DNA from: Haliotis rufescens
Taxonomy: Eukaryota
Length of the DNA: 64,000 bases
Assembly (NCBI RefSeq): GCF_023055435.1
Contig: NW_025963813.1
Coordinates: 26,970,001-27,034,000 of the forward strand
Direction of reading: 5' to 3'
Of the stretch, positions 1 to 12,044 are shown in pieces. A program made the position numbers and the translations under genes. Under the pieces are notes generated by a model that worked only from the letters and a program-made list of their open reading frames with translations, searched no databases and was not told the DNA's origin. Position 1 is the stretch's first letter, and every line of letters starts with the position of its first letter.

Positions 1-38
<38 letters not shown>
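1..38. repeat. (GT)n microsatellite
   Basis: Pure GT dinucleotide run at the window start. Confidence 0.98.
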
Positions 39-40
<2 letters not shown>

Positions 41-174
41 CACTACCGCTAGGCCACGGAGGTTCTTACGAACTACGGGGAAATAAGGATTATAAACGTC
101 TTCTTGAAATTAATGTTTTCAGTCCAGAACCTTGTGGGTATGATGTCAAAACAAAGGCTATGTTTACGGGTCCG

Positions 175-402
175 ACCGCCCCCGTGGTCTAGTGGTAGAG
201 CGTCCGCCCGGAGAGCGGAAGGTCCATGGTTCGATCCCCGGCCGCGTCATACCGCGAAAGACGTTTTTAAAAGAAGGTGCTTTTTGTCATCCTGCCTGGT
301 GCTTGGCATTAAGGGACTGATCGGATCGTAGTCAGTATACTCTGTCTGAGTGGGGTATGCATGATCATGTTAAACTGCGGTATGGTATCTCAGTGAGCTT
401 GC
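175..402 (+). mobile_element. tRNA-headed SINE family A (Meta-domain-like), cut by the assembly gap
   Basis: A box TGGTCTAGTGG and B box GGTTCGATCCC, then body shared with copies at 3030, 4546, 15990 and 18585. Confidence 0.85.
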
Positions 403-635
403 NNNNNNNNNNNNNNNNNNNNNNNNNNNNNNNNNNNNNNNNNNNNNNNNNNNNNNNNNNNNNNNNNNNNNNNNNNNNNNNNNNNNNNNNNNNNNNNNNN
501 NNNNNNNNNNNNNNNNNNNNNNNNNNNNNNNNNNNNNNNNNNNNNNNNNNNNNNNNNNNNNNNNNNNNNNNNNNNNNNNNNNNNNNNNNNNNNNNNNNNN
601 NNNNNNNNNNNNNNNNNNNNNNNNNNNNNNNNNNN
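403..635. other. Assembly gap (N run)
   Basis: Run of N bases. Confidence 1.
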
Positions 636-1137
636 CTAAATGACCAAGGTCTGTAAATAATCGCTTTGAAAAATATTTTGAAAAAGGTCTCCGATTCAAA
701 ATTTGAAAACTGAACGAAAGGATAGTCTGGAATGTCTGATAGATGGCCTCGAAAAGAATTGCAGTGCTTACCAGGCGCGTTGCAAAGTCTCCGTCCCAAT
801 GTGTATCCCACTCACTGTAGATGTAGACGATGATTTTGAAGAAATAGTACAGCCCTTGACTGTCGGAATAACCATTTCGAGATTTCGAAAACACATTCCG
901 ACTGTCTCTTTCCGGATCTGGTAAACGACGCTCTGATTGGTCGGATGAAGGCCGTTCTGACGTGACCCGTAATGGGATGTCCTCAGGTCTTTGTTAAGCG
1001 AGAACTATGAGATTTTATGAGATTGGCCCCCGGCTGACGACCAGGGGCGGTATACACAAAGTTTCTTAGAATATTTTTGAGTACCGCCCCAGTATAGGTT
1101 GCTGGGGACCTGTTCTTACCCGAAAGACCCACGGGGT
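636..1137 (-). mobile_element. Probable 5' end/UTR of a non-LTR element carrying a variant of the family B structured head
   Basis: Minus strand begins CCCCGTGGGTCTTTCGGGTAAGAACAGGTCCCCAGCAACC, homologous to the family B head. It is followed by a GGGGCGGTA/TACCGCCCC hairpin and CCAAT and TGACGT motifs. Confidence 0.45.
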
Positions 1138-1548
1138 TACGTGAATATAACAATGAATATGCACATACAAGTAAATTAACCGTTATTTACAGGGTATATT
1201 GAATACACACCTACATAAACCATGCATATATCTCACACATAAATGTCAGATTCTGATTAGCTGAGACCCATTCTATTATTTTGATCGTATCCCACTAACA
1301 CGTAGTTTACAGTTCTACATTTGCTACATACCAACCGCTATTTTGTATCTCGAATTAATAATGTAAGACGCCATTCTTCGGATATTTACGATATTTTCCG
1401 AATGAAATAGCTCTGGGGGAATAACTCTAAGTTTGGTTTCTGTCGTCTGCTGCTTCGATGAATGTGAAAAGTGGATACATGCCTAACTGGATATTCTTAC
1501 CGATTCGGACCAAAACATGCATGCATGAGACATACCTGCAATATAATT

Positions 1549-1700
1549 AGTGAGTTAGGTTCTACGCCGCTTTTAGCAATAATATTTCAGCAATATCACG
1601 GCGAGGGTCACCAGAAACAGACTTCACACATTGTACCCATGTGGGGAATCGAACCCGGATTTTAGCGTGGTGGGAAATCATCAACCACCAGGCTACCACC
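1549..1700 (-). mobile_element. Short tRNA(Asp-like)-headed SINE family C
   Basis: Matches about 10 copies in the window; B box GGTTCGATTCCC, tail GCTAAAAGCGGCGTA plus (CACT)n. Confidence 0.85.
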
Positions 1701-2399
1701 GATTCGCTTCACGATCGTTTTGCGCAGATGGTCCCAGTGCACTGTTTAGGCACAAAATAGTTCCAAAAATCGGTCTTACCATTCACTGACTCAATGTTAA
1801 TATATAGGAATTACGACCGTCTTAGCCCTAAGACTGTTTTGTAGAACGGGGCATTGGGCCCATTTGCACAGAGTTCGCTTAAAACTTTTATAAAGTGTAG
1901 CAACCACAACAGCAGAGCTCTATGATCGCGTTTTGGAACGAAGCAGATCTACCGCGTTTAGCATTACCCTTTGGCCACGGCATCCTGCTTTGCGATTTGA
2001 TACACCCATTCTGGTAAATCTTACCCTGTTGGTCTCACAGTATAGGATGCGCTACTCCAACACACAATTCATCAACAAACGGGCATGGCTTGACTGGATG
2101 CCGTGATGTCTTTATGACGGTGATGGTCACCAACGTTAAGCACTGTGTATTTGCTAAAACCTAATCCGGGCAACTATACTGTCATATTGCGTGTTATCGA
2201 GAGCTTTATACATACAAACAGGGGCAAAGAACATTGTCAAACAGAAGCTTAATCGAGGCATGTGGTCTTGTGGTGTGATCACCCGTGCTCAAATATCAGT
2301 GGTCGGGGTTCCAGCATTTTAGGGAACAGTTTTACTTTGCAGGAGTACTGCCCGCAGCGTCAGGCAACAGACAAACACTCAGTTTTAAATTCAAATTAC

Positions 2400-2620
2400 G
2401 GGAGTGACAGGTGCTACTGGGAGTGCAGGACATGCTGACCCTCTTCGCGAACGTATGGTGTCGTCACTTCTTTTCAGTGATCAATTCTTATACATATCAC
2501 CGCTATTTTGCCTTTCGCTCCAAATGGAATCTGTTTGGACGGGTAATCGAGTCTGGTTAATTTCTGGTTTCTATATGAAGTTGGAAATAACATTGGCAAA
2601 CAGGCTTTATCAAGACATGT
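2400..2620 (+). repeat. Dispersed repeat related to the 3' end of the Penelope-like fragment
   Basis: Aligns with 4440-4500, 5295-5480, 25770-25960, 38860-39020 and 47085-47165(-); shared CCTTTTCGYGAACACCTGGT-type core. Confidence 0.6.
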
Positions 2621-2664
2621 AGTCGGGAGGTATGATCACCCGTGCTCAATCATTAGTATTTTGA

Positions 2665-2954
2665 GGGAGGCACGGGTGGCCCGGTCGTCTAAGGCGCCGC
2701 GATTCGCTGTGCAGAGTTGCGTCCCTTGGGCACGCCAGAAACCTATGTTTGTAGCTTCGAATCCCGGTTCGCCCAGATTTTGTTTCTAGGTTTGTCAGCA
2801 CCATACCCGTGCTCGTTGGTTTCACCAAACTGATAAACGTCTGAGACCTGCATCACTTCGGGGCTTTCCTCCCACATTAAGCTGACACGCCGCGATATAA
2901 CTGGAATACTGTTAAAAGCGGCGTTAAACCCAACTCACTCACTCACTCACTCAC
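2665..2954 (+). mobile_element. tRNA(Leu-like)-headed SINE family D, full length with 11-bp TSD
   Basis: Head GGCCCGGTCGTCTAAGGCGCC...TTCGAATCCC and (CACT)n tail. TSD TAGTATTTTGA at 2654-2664 and 2955-2965. Confidence 0.9.
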
Positions 2955-3029
2955 TAGTATTTTGATTCTAGCATTTTCGGGAATATATTATTTTTTTCAT
3001 ATCACATTTTTCACCTCTTACCAGGGCGT

Positions 3030-3400
3030 TGTTTACTGGTTGCGTGGTCTAGTTGATAGAGAGTCCGCCCGGAGAGCGGATGTCATGGGTTCGATCCCCG
3101 CCCAAATGGCGTTAAAAGATGATACTTGTTGTTACCCTACCGGTGGCTCGGCATTAATTAAGGGGCTAAAACAAGGACTGGTCGGCTCGGAGTCAGTATA
3201 CTGTGTCTGCATGGGGTATTCATGTTAAACTACGACATGGTATCTCAGTGGGCTAGCACTATAAAATCGACATTAGTCCGGACTAGTACAAGCAACCATA
3301 CACACACATGTGCATGCACGTCGCCATATTATGCAATATTGTTCAACGCAGCGTTAAACCCTTGAACGTCACGTTAATCCCTACTTCACCTCACATCACC
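3030..3400 (+). mobile_element. SINE family A (Meta-domain-like)
   Basis: tRNA head plus GACTGGTCGGCTCGGAGTCAGTATACTGTGTC...GCTAGCACTATAAAA body. Confidence 0.88.
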
Positions 3401-3904
3401 TGGTGGGATTTGGATGTTTACTTGTGCCTCCAGGTGTAATATCAAATTCAAATAACTACATTCTTCTTAATGTTAAAAAAAATACATATGGTCTTTGGGT
3501 GGTTTACAAACAAAACAAGCAAACTGTAGCTGTACGTGTTTAATATTAATTATTGATACGATTATTGATACTTAGACTGCACTATCAAGAACATCCATGT
3601 TCCACGCTTCAAATATGATGGATAATCTTAGAACTGTCATAATATGAACTGTATACTTATTAAGTCCAAAGATTCGGAACCCTCGTTTATACTATCCTCT
3701 TTTAAAACGTAGAATAAATTACGGAAAGGCTTGTTGGTTTTACTTTTTACAGGACATAAGCACGCTTGAAAACCTGCGGGATTGGGCAGCCAATCCTTTT
3801 CAGGTTCAGACATTGCGAAGAAAGAAAACGGGAAGAGACATTGATTAACGATCAACACGCAGACCAGTGAAGTGACATTCAGATTGTGCTGGCTTCTGCC
3901 TCCT

Positions 3905-4500
3905 GACCGTAAAGACATTCAATATTGCTTCAGGTATATCGAAGATGGGATATCGTTCAATAGTGGCCAAATAGCTTGTTCCCTTCCATTGATTCACACA
4001 CCTGAGCTGGAAATAAAGGAGACCAGTGAAACCATCCCATCTGTTTCATATTTACATCTTTGCATATTGATTCAGAGTGACAAAACACTCTCCACAAGTC
4101 TGTATGAGAAGAGGGATGACTTCAACTTGACAACTGTCCCTTCATGTCGAGCAATATTGGTGTCTGCAGCGTTAGGCCTCTACATTTCCCAACTTATAAG
4201 TATAATAGACCATGCTGTTTCCAAGAAGATTTCAAAGAGCGTCGTACGATTCTGGCTCAAACGTTGTTTGATCAGGGTTACAAATTTCATTGCCCGGGTA
4301 AAGTTTGCAAAAACTCAATGGAAGATATATGGAGAAATTTCAAAATTTGATCAGTGACAAAATTATGTCCTTGTAGCTCTCTTCTTTGACTTGTAGCATA
4401 TGTTTCCGTGGGCTCAGTTGCAGGTGTACAATTGACTTGCCTTTGCATGTGTGACGGCTCGGTGTGACAGCATACGTTCACCTTTTCGCAAACACCTCGA
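3905..4500 (+). mobile_element. Degenerate Penelope-like retroelement reverse transcriptase C-terminus and 3' end
   Basis: FRYIED (YIDD-like), PELEIKETSE..SVSYL, LSTSLYEKRDDFN, SSNI, GLYISQL and DFKER...LFDQGY motifs across frameshifts, typical of PLE RT/thumb. Confidence 0.85.
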
Positions 4501-4545
4501 ACACTATTTAATAGTTATTCATAAACACATGCTTATTATATAGAG

Positions 4546-4815
4546 ACCGCCTCCGTGGTCTTGTGATAGAGCGTCCGCCCGGAGAGCGGAAGGTCCGGAA
4601 TTTGATCCCCGGCCGCATCATACCAAAAGACGTCAAATGATGGTACCCTGTCTGGATCTCGGCATAAAGGGGCTAAAACAAGGACTGGTCGGCTCGGAGT
4701 CAGTATACTGTGTCTGAGTGGGGTATTCATGTTAAACTGAACACACGTGCATGCACATCGCTATATAAGTGCAATAATCATGGACGCGACGTTAAACCCA
4801 ATTTCACCACCTCAC
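4546..4815 (+). mobile_element. SINE family A, internally deleted
   Basis: Same head and body as other family A copies. Confidence 0.88.
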
Positions 4816-5489
4816 CTTATGATATAGTCGGAATCGTACATTTGACTCTGAGTTAAGCACAGAAATCGTATGATTATGGAAATGGTTTTGTGACTTTTAT
4901 TTAAACTTTACAAATACGCATGTCTTCCTTTCCAGAACCTTCTGGTGGCGGTCCTACTTGTGGTCCTGTATTTATTAGAATATCAAACACAGAGGAGTTC
5001 AGTCGACCCTATGCGTCTTTGAACATATATAAATCTGACACTCGTGGTCAGGAGATCGTAAATTTTCACATGTTCATTTGACATTGACAGACAGGACACT
5101 CAAATTACAGGACAGGACATTGAAAAACACGAAATATATAGTAGACACATGTGTGTCAAGAGAAGAAGACCTACATCACTCGTATCAGTTAGCATATGAG
5201 ATAAGACATGCTGCAAGTTGGCATATGTGGCTGCGTTTTGCTCGGAGGACTGCTGTGAGGCCAAAAGCAGTAAACATTTACTCTATAATGAAATTGTGTG
5301 AGTGCTCACCGGTAGAGTAGGGCATGCCTATCCTTTTCGTGAACACCTGGTTTTTTCAGTGATCCATTCATATAATTTCCATCACTATTTTGCCTTTTAA
5401 GCACAGTGGAATATGTTTGGCAGATAATGGAGACTGGTTGTTTACTGGCCTTGATTTTTTATTCTATTCCTACATAAGTAGATTTGAAT

Positions 5490-8400
5490 ATATGTCATTG
5501 TATGAAACACGTCTACTGATACACAAGTGTGTCATTGTAGGAAACACGTCTACTGATACACAGTATGTCATTGTATGAAACACGTCTACTGATACACAGT
5601 ATGTCATTGTAGGAAACACGTCTACTGATACACAGTATGTCATTGTAGGAAACATGTCTACTGATACACAAGTGTGTCATTGTAGGAAACACGTCTACTG
5701 ACACACGAGTTTGTCATTGTATGAAACACGTCTACTGATACACAGTATGTCATTGTAGGAAACACGTCTACTGATACACAAGTATGTCATTGTATGAAAC
5801 ACGTCTACTGATACACAGTATGTCAGTGTATGAAACACGTCTACTGATACACAGTATGTCATTGTATGAAACACGTCTACTGATACACAAGTATGTCATT
5901 GTATGAAACACGTCTACTGATACACAGTATGTCATTGTAGGAAACACGTCTACTGATACACAAGTATGTCATTGTATGAAACACGTCTACTGATACACAG
6001 TATGTCAGTGTATGAAACACGTCTACTGATACACGAGTGTGTCATTGTAGGAAACATGTCCACTGATACACGAGTGTGTCATTGTAGGAAACACGTCTAC
6101 TGATACACAAGTGTGTCATTGTAGGAAACACGTCTACTGATACACGAGTTTGTCACTGTAGGAAACACGTCTACTGATACACAGTATGTCACAGTATGAA
6201 ACACGTCTACTGATACACAAGTATGTCATTGTATGAAACACGTCTACTGATACACAAGTGTGTCATTGTAGGAAACACGTCTACTGATACACGAGTTTGT
6301 CACTGTAGGAAACACGTCTACTGACATACGAGTTTGTCATTGTAGGAAACACGTCTTCTGATACACAAGTTTGTCACTGTAGGAAACACGTCTACTGACA
6401 TACGAGTTTGTCATTGTAGGAAACACGTCTACTGATACACGAGTTTGTCACTGTAGGAAACACGTCTACTGACATACGAGTGTGTCATTGTAGGAAACAC
6501 GTCTTCTGATACACGAGTTTGTCACTGTAGGAAACACGTCTACTGACATACGAGTTTGTCATTGTAGGAAACACGTCTACTGATACACGAGTATGTCATT
6601 GTAGGAAACACGTCTACTGATACACGAGTTTGTCATTGTAGGAAACACGTCCACTGATACACAGTATGTCATTGTAGGAAACACGTCTACTGATACACAA
6701 GTGTGTCATTGTAGGAAACACGTCTACTGATACACAGTATGTCATTGTATGAAACACGTCTACTGATACACAAGTGTGTCATTGTAGGAAACACGTCCAC
6801 TGATACACAGTATGTCATTGTATGAAACACGTCTACTGATACACAAGTATGTCATTGTAGGAAACACGTCTACTGATACACAGTATGTCATTGTATGAAA
6901 CACGTCTACTGATACACAAGTATGTCATTGTATGAAACACGTCTACTGATACACAGTTTGTCATTGTAGGAAACACGTCTACAGATACACAGTATGTCAT
7001 TGTATGAAACACGTCTACTGATACACAAGTGTGTCATTGTAAGAAACACGTCCACTGATACACAGTATGTCATTGTATGAAACACGTCTACTGATACACA
7101 AGTATGTCATTGTAGGAAACACGTCTACTGATACACAGTGTGTCATTGTAGGAAACACGTCCACTGATACACAGTATGTCATTGTATGAAACACGTCTAC
7201 TGATACACAGTATGTCATTGTAGGAAACACGTCTACTGACACACGAGTGTGTCATTGTAGGAAACACGTCCACTGATACACAGTATGTCATTGTAGGAAA
7301 CACGTCTACTGATACACAAGTGTGTCAGTGTAGGAAACACGTCTACTGATACACAGTATGTCAGTGTAGGAAACACGTCTACTGATACACAAGTGTGTCA
7401 TTGTAGGAAACACGTCTACTGATACACAGTATGTCAGTGTAGGAAACACGTCTACTGATACACAAGTGTGTCATTGTAGGAAACACGTCTACTGATACAC
7501 AAGTGTGTCAGTGTAGGAAACACGTCTACTGATACACAGTATGTCATTGTAGGAAACACGTCTACTGATACACAAGTGTGTCATTGTAGGAAACACGTCC
7601 ACTGATACACAGTATGTCATTGTATGAAACACGTCTACTGATACACAAGTGTGTCATTGTAGGAAACACGTCTACTGATACACAAGTGTGTCAGTGTAGG
7701 AAACACGTCTACTGATACACAGTATGTCATTGTATGAAACACGTCTACTGATACACAGTGTGTCAGTGTAGGAAACACGTCTACTGATACACAGTGTGTC
7801 AGTGTAGGAAACACGTCTACTGATACACAGTGTGTCAGTGTAGGAAACACGTCTACTGATACACAGTGTGTCAGTGTAGGAAACACGTCTACTGATACAC
7901 AGTGTGTCAGTGTAGGAAACACGTCTACTGATACACGAGTGTGTCAGTGTATGAAACACGTCTACTGATACACAGTGTGTCAGTGTAGGAAACACGTCTA
8001 CTGATACACAAGTGTGTCATTGTATGAAACACGTCTACTGATACACAGTATGTCAATGTAGGAAACACGTCTACTGATACACGAGTGTGTCAGTGTAGGA
8101 AACACGTCTACTGATACACAAGTGTGTCATTGTAGGAAACACGTCTTCTGATACACAAGTGTGTCATTGTAGGAAACACGTCTACTGATACACAAGTATG
8201 TTAGTGTAGGAAACACGTCTACTGATACACGAGTTTGTCATTGTAGGAAACACGTCTACTGATACACGAGTATGTCACTGTAGGAAACACGTCTTCTGAT
8301 ACACAGTATGTCATTGTATGAAACACGTCTACTGATACACAGTATGTCATTGTAGGAAACACGTCTACTGATACACAGTATGTCATTGTAGGAAACACGT

Positions 8401-10035
8401 CTACTGACACACGAGTTTGTCATTGTAGGAAACACGTCTACTGATACACAGTATGTCATTGTAGGAAACACGTCTTCTGATACACGAGTGTGTCATTGTA
8501 GCAAACACGTCTACTGACACACGAGTTTGTCACTGTAGGAAACACGTCTACTGACAACAGTATGTCATTGTAGGAAACACGTCTACTGATACACAGTATG
8601 TCATTGTAGGAAACACGTCTACTGACACACGAGTGTGTCAGTGTAGGAAACACGTCTACTGACACACGAGTTTGTCATTGTAGGAAACACGTGTACTGAC
8701 ACACGAGTGTGTCAGTGTAGGAAACACGTCTACTGACACACGAGTGTGTCATTGTAGGAAACACGTCTACTGACACACGAGTTTGTCATTGTAGGAAACA
8801 CGTCTACTGATACACAGTATGTCATTGTATGAAACACGTCTACTGATACACAGTATGTCATTGTAGGAAACACGTCTACTGATACACAGTATGTCATTGT
8901 ATGAAACACGTCTACTGATACACAAGTGTGTCATTGTATGAAACACGTCTACTGATACACAAGTATGTCATTGTATGAAACACGTCTACTGATACACAGT
9001 ATGTCATTGTAGGAAACACGTCCACTGATACACAGTATGTCATTGTAGGAAACACGTCCACTGATACACAGTATGTCATTGTAGGAAACACGTCTACTGA
9101 TACACAGTATGTCATTGTAGGAAACACGTCTACTGATACACAAGTGTGTCATTGTAGGAAACACGTCTACTGATACACAAGTATGTCATTGTATGAAACA
9201 CGTCTACTGATACACAGTATGTCAGTGTAGGAAACACGTCTACTGATACACAGTATGTCATTGTATGAAACACGTCTACTGATACACAAGTGTGTCAATG
9301 TAGGAAACACGTCTACTGATACACAGTATGTCATTGTAGGAAACACGTCTACTGATACACAAGTATGTCATTGTAGGAAACACGTCTACTGATACACAAG
9401 TATGTCATTGTATGAAACACGTCTACTGATACACAGTATGTCATTGTAGGAAACACGTCTACTGATACACAGTATGTCATTGTATGAAACACGTCTACTG
9501 ATACACAAGTGTGTCATTGTAGGAAACACGTCTTCTGATACACAGTATGTCATTGTATGAAACACGTCTACTGACACACGAGTGTGTCATTGTAGGAAAC
9601 ACGTCTACTGATACATGAGTATGTCACTGTATGAAACACGTCTACTGATACACAGTATGTCATTGTATGAAACACGTCTACTGATACATGAGTATGTCAC
9701 TGTATGAAACACGTCTACTGATACACAGTATGTCATTGTATGAAACACGTCTACTGATACACAGTATGTCATTGTATGAAACATGTCTACTGATACACAA
9801 GTGTGTCATTGTAGGAAACACGTCTACTGATACATGAGTATGTCACTGTAGGAAACACGTCTACTGACACACGAGTTTGTCACTGTGGGAAACACGTCTA
9901 CTGATACACATTGACGACTACAACGCTATAGAGAAATACGTCTACTGCTACACAAGTGTGTCATTGCCGACTACAACCCTATAGAGAAACACGTCTACTG
10001 ATACACAAGTGTGTCATTGCCGACTACAACGCTAT
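5490..10035. repeat. Minisatellite, 36/37-bp unit GTATGTCATTGTAGGAAACACGTCTACTGATACACA(A), about 120 copies
   Basis: Direct tandem periodicity with mixed 36- and 37-bp variants; degenerate at the right edge. Confidence 0.98.
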
Positions 10036-10739
10036 AGATACTCCCACATTTTAATGCAATGTTTGCTAACGCTTGTATAATGCATGCAAATAATACAAAT
10101 ATCGTTGGATGATCTTTGCTGGCGTTAAGATAACACTGATCAATATCGCAGATTGTTGGTATATTAAACAGACGTCAGAAGTTTTGTGTCATTAATTGAT
10201 AAGCTGGGAGTTTGTGTCAAGGATAAGTGCCATGTGTTTGACCATCACAAGAGTCATGTTACTTATCGCTGTCATGGTGACTTCTCTTCATGCTAATCTA
10301 TAGTATCTACGTATAACCGAGTGGATGCTGGCGTGTCACGTGATGGCTTTGTCGTCAAGTTGCGTCCTTCACTGCAACCAACAACAGATGCATACAGCAT
10401 CATCACTAAAATAATGATGGGGTTGTGTTGTCAAGGAGATGGCAACCAGTTCATACCAGAAAAGGATTATCTCCATAATGGCATGCCACAATATTGTGAT
10501 TTCGCTTGGTGTTAATGTCCGGGTTTTCGGTTCATTTTGCACATGTCGTGCGTTTTAATCCGTAAGTGGCTTTAATAATGTAGTGCATAACAGGCATGCG
10601 GGGCTTTTAGTGTATCTACATCCGTCAGTGTAATCTGTACCTGTTGGACCTTTTAATGCTGTTAGTACTCTGTCTCTTTTTGTTCCTTGTGACCATTCAG
10701 TGTTTTTAATGTGCCGTTAGTACCTTTCTTGTTTTGAGG

Positions 10740-10990
10740 TTTGTTAGTTGTTTAACGCCGCACTCAGCAATATTCCAGCTGCATGACGGCGGTCTTTGAA
10801 TAATCCAATCTGCATCGGACGATCTAGTGATTGAAATTATGAGCATCGATCTACGCAATTGGGATACGATGACATGCATCAACCAAGTCAGCGAGTCTGA
10901 CCATCCGATCCCGTAACTCGCCTCTCACGACAAGCATAGTCACCTCATACGGAAACCATGGGTTGCTGAAGACCAATTCTTACCCAGGTT
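10740..10990 (-). mobile_element. Retroposon family B (no tRNA head)
   Basis: Homologous to full-length copies at 15349, 52834 and 56430. Confidence 0.9.
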
Positions 10991-12044
10991 GTCCTAAAAG
11001 GATGGAACAACATCTAACGTAAAAAAAGCAAAGCAGGTTTAGGTTTACGCTTCACAACGCGGTATGTCGTATGAAAATGTCGTGAAATATTACATATTCC
11101 ACCTAAACCAATCAGTCGTAACTCAAGGAACGGCAGTATCAAGCGCTCCTTTAAACTTATAGCACACGTGAGGTATTACAGGCACATAAGTATGTGGTAT
11201 GTGCGTGTATGTACCTGCCACATTCTAAAAATGTACAAGCCCATAAAAAGGATGGTGATTGTATCGTGCTTTAAAAGACCATTCCGACACCCGGCATGTC
11301 GTAAAATGAAAAACAATATTCTTTTTCCCATATAAAAAGTACGGGCGCATGTCAATGCCGGGTTTCCATATAACAAGTGTATTGTAAAGTTAAAAACAAG
11401 TGGCCAAGAGTGCCGGTTTAAGATAAAACAAGTACGGTGGAAAGTCCTGACAAGTGTACATGTCCCCAGGAGACGGTAATGTGAAATCCTACTCCCAAAT
11501 TGAGATCTCCCTATACACATGTACCTTGTCGTGACAGGTTGACATACAGCAAGCTCACATAGGTTGCGGGTAGGGCCTATAAACATTACAGCCTTCAACG
11601 TGCGGTCTATGTTACATGATTTATTATAATAATGGTAATTTTATACACTTGAGTCCCTTCAGTAAAGTGTCCTCAATCAATACATGTAGTGGTTATTTGT
11701 ATTGTCTTGCAGTAAAGCATGTTTGTCTGTCGCGTGAGCTGACGAATTTGATGTTCATGTTCTTGCTTTTTTACCAGAAATATTTTTATAAATTATTTTT
11801 ATACATTTTTTACTTATCTTCACGACATTTCTCTGGAAACCACAGTGTTATTGGGGCAGACTTAAAGTAGTTCCGACATGAAGTATTATTTTCCTCGTGT
11901 GATATATCGATTATTTATTTTCAGATAAATACAGTATTTCATCACTAAATGCATATTAATGAACCCGTTAATCCCGACAGCGCGGTGACTATTGGAAATC
12001 TGTTGGTACACGTACAGCGAAACCTCGTTTAACACAGCCTCAAC

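Noticed and set aside
175-250. tRNA genes at SINE heads (families A, C, D)
   Set aside because: No complete acceptor stems, and each continues into a SINE body and tail.
357-894. ORFs spanning the N run
   Set aside because: Length is an artefact of the assembly gap.
3753-3848. Possible terminal exon DISTLENLRDWAANPFQ..* (also exon-like stretches at 4936, 10303, 22257, 27368, 40500 and 47170)
   Set aside because: Plausible splice signals but no recognisable homology or consistent multi-exon model; several have stops in all frames.
5490-10035. CRISPR-like appearance of the 36/37-bp and 33-38-bp arrays
   Set aside because: Units are head-to-tail with no unique spacers, there are no cas genes, and the context is eukaryotic.
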